DNA from: Thermodesulfobacteriota bacterium
GTDB taxonomy: Bacteria > Desulfobacterota_D > UBA1144 > Nemesobacterales > UBA2774
Length of the DNA: 64,000 nt
Reading direction: 5' to 3'
NCBI GenBank assembly: GCA_965223335.1
Contig: OZ244991.1
Coordinates: forward strand, 1,376,001 to 1,440,000
Shown here: positions 63,198 to 64,000 of the stretch, piece after piece
Layout of the letters: every line of letters starts with the position of its first letter
Numbering within the stretch: the stretch's first letter is position 1
Notes under the pieces: model-generated
Seen by the model: the letters and a program-made list of their open reading frames with translations, nothing else
What the model was told of the DNA's origin: nothing
Database searches by the model: none
Program-made: the position numbers and the translations under genes

Positions 63198-63995
63198 CTA
63201 TCTAAACAGATCTTCATCTGCAGGCCTTATAAGGTCTTTAGCACCGTTCCCGCCGTCTGAGAAGTTATATCCCCTGATAATCACAACAGGTACATCATCT
63301 GTCTTCTCCATCACAAGCCCCCCGGCTGTAGCAAGTTGGTCCGCAACGGCCATTACAGTGGCGTTCAGCAGAAAACCCTTTGAATCGGTGCCTCCCCGAA
63401 AATCTTTTAACGCATCAATACCGGCGCACCCAATGGCAATATCTACAAGCCCCTCGCGCCAGGGCCTGCCTACCGTGTCGGTGATTATAACGGCTACGCT
63501 CACACCACTCTTATCCGATAGAGCCTTTGCAAGACCCCTGGCCGATTTATCGGAGTCTAGTGGGAGGAGTGTTACCGAGTCCCCACCCGACACGTTGGAC
63601 GAGTCCACGCCTGCATTGGCCGAGATGACACCGCCCCTGGTCTCAACTATTAGCCTTCCCTTCTCGGGTTTCCTTTGGTCCATCTTAATTATTTTTGTGG
63701 TCTCGCTGAGTATTACTTCTATGAGTCTCGGGTCTTTGCTTACTTCCCGCGATAGGGTCTCTGCGAATGTAGAGGGGGTTACATCGTTAAGGTCAACAAT
63801 CCTGCCCTCGGCCTTGGAAATAATCTTTTGGGCCACAACCACAACGTCGTTTTCCTCGATAGCGACCCCGCATTGTTTAGCAGCGTGTAAAATGATTTCG
63901 GCCAGATTGTCGTCGGGTTTTATTTCCGGGATGCCGGTGATAGGAATTATAGAGATTGGGTTTGGTTGCGGGCTCATTTCGTAATCCTCTATCAT
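63198..63995 (-). CDS. cofE: Coenzyme F420-0:L-glutamate ligase
   Basis: QKIISKAEGR, ANAGVDSSN, TDTVGRPWREG, ADQLA, DLFR. Confidence 0.9.
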   Translation of the reverse strand: MIEDYEMSPQPNPISIIPITGIPEIKPDDNLAEIILHAAKQCGVAIEENDVVVVAQKIISKAEGRIVDLNDVTPSTFAETLSREVSKDPRLIEVILSETTKIIKMDQRKPEKGRLIVETRGGVISANAGVDSSNVSGGDSVTLLPLDSDKSARGLAKALSDKSGVSVAVIITDTVGRPWREGLVDIAIGCAGIDALKDFRGGTDSKGFLLNATVMAVADQLATAGGLVMEKTDDVPVVIIRGYNFSDGGNGAKDLIRPADEDLFR

Positions 63996-64000
63996 ATAGT

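Noticed and set aside
63079..63984. 301-aa plus-strand ORF and the many other antisense ORFs in the track
   Set aside because: They are shadow frames opposite well-supported genes and have no motifs.

Overview
A 64 kb window of bacterial chromosome. It is mostly housekeeping genes: trmD-rimM-KH-rpsP-ffh, birA, carB-greA, thiC, tsaD, arfB, amt, nadK, prfB, aroC, rlmD, queA, argG, pgeF, rluD, fbaB-pgk-gap, argC, a cysteine desulfurase and cofE. The gene content (sigma-54 pilin locus with ABC/TPR accessory genes, GT9, AsmA-like protein) fits a diderm lineage related to Desulfobacterota, possibly Ca. Dadabacteria; this taxonomy is inference only. I saw no tRNA, rRNA, CRISPR array, prophage or IS element. 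The most striking locus is 33.2-41.1 kb. On the minus strand a sigma-70 promoter and a c-di-GMP-I (GEMM) riboswitch precede a three-gene operon. The first gene encodes a 935-aa fusion of a PilZ domain, a PLP-dependent alpha-oxoamine synthase (Spt/AONS/CqsA family) and a GNAT region resembling bacterial ceramide synthase. It is followed by a multi-TM GAF sensor kinase and a REC-PAS-HK-REC hybrid kinase, and a sigma-54-driven small ORF runs divergently. This looks like a c-di-GMP-gated lipid or signal synthase paired with a receptor phosphorelay. Other points: an intact prfB +1 frameshift, several sigma-54 promoters with candidate activator sites, a structured leader with a mini-ORF upstream of carB, a terminator-like leader before an aminotransferase, and an orphan SbcD. 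All family assignments come from motif recognition by eye; no database searches were run.
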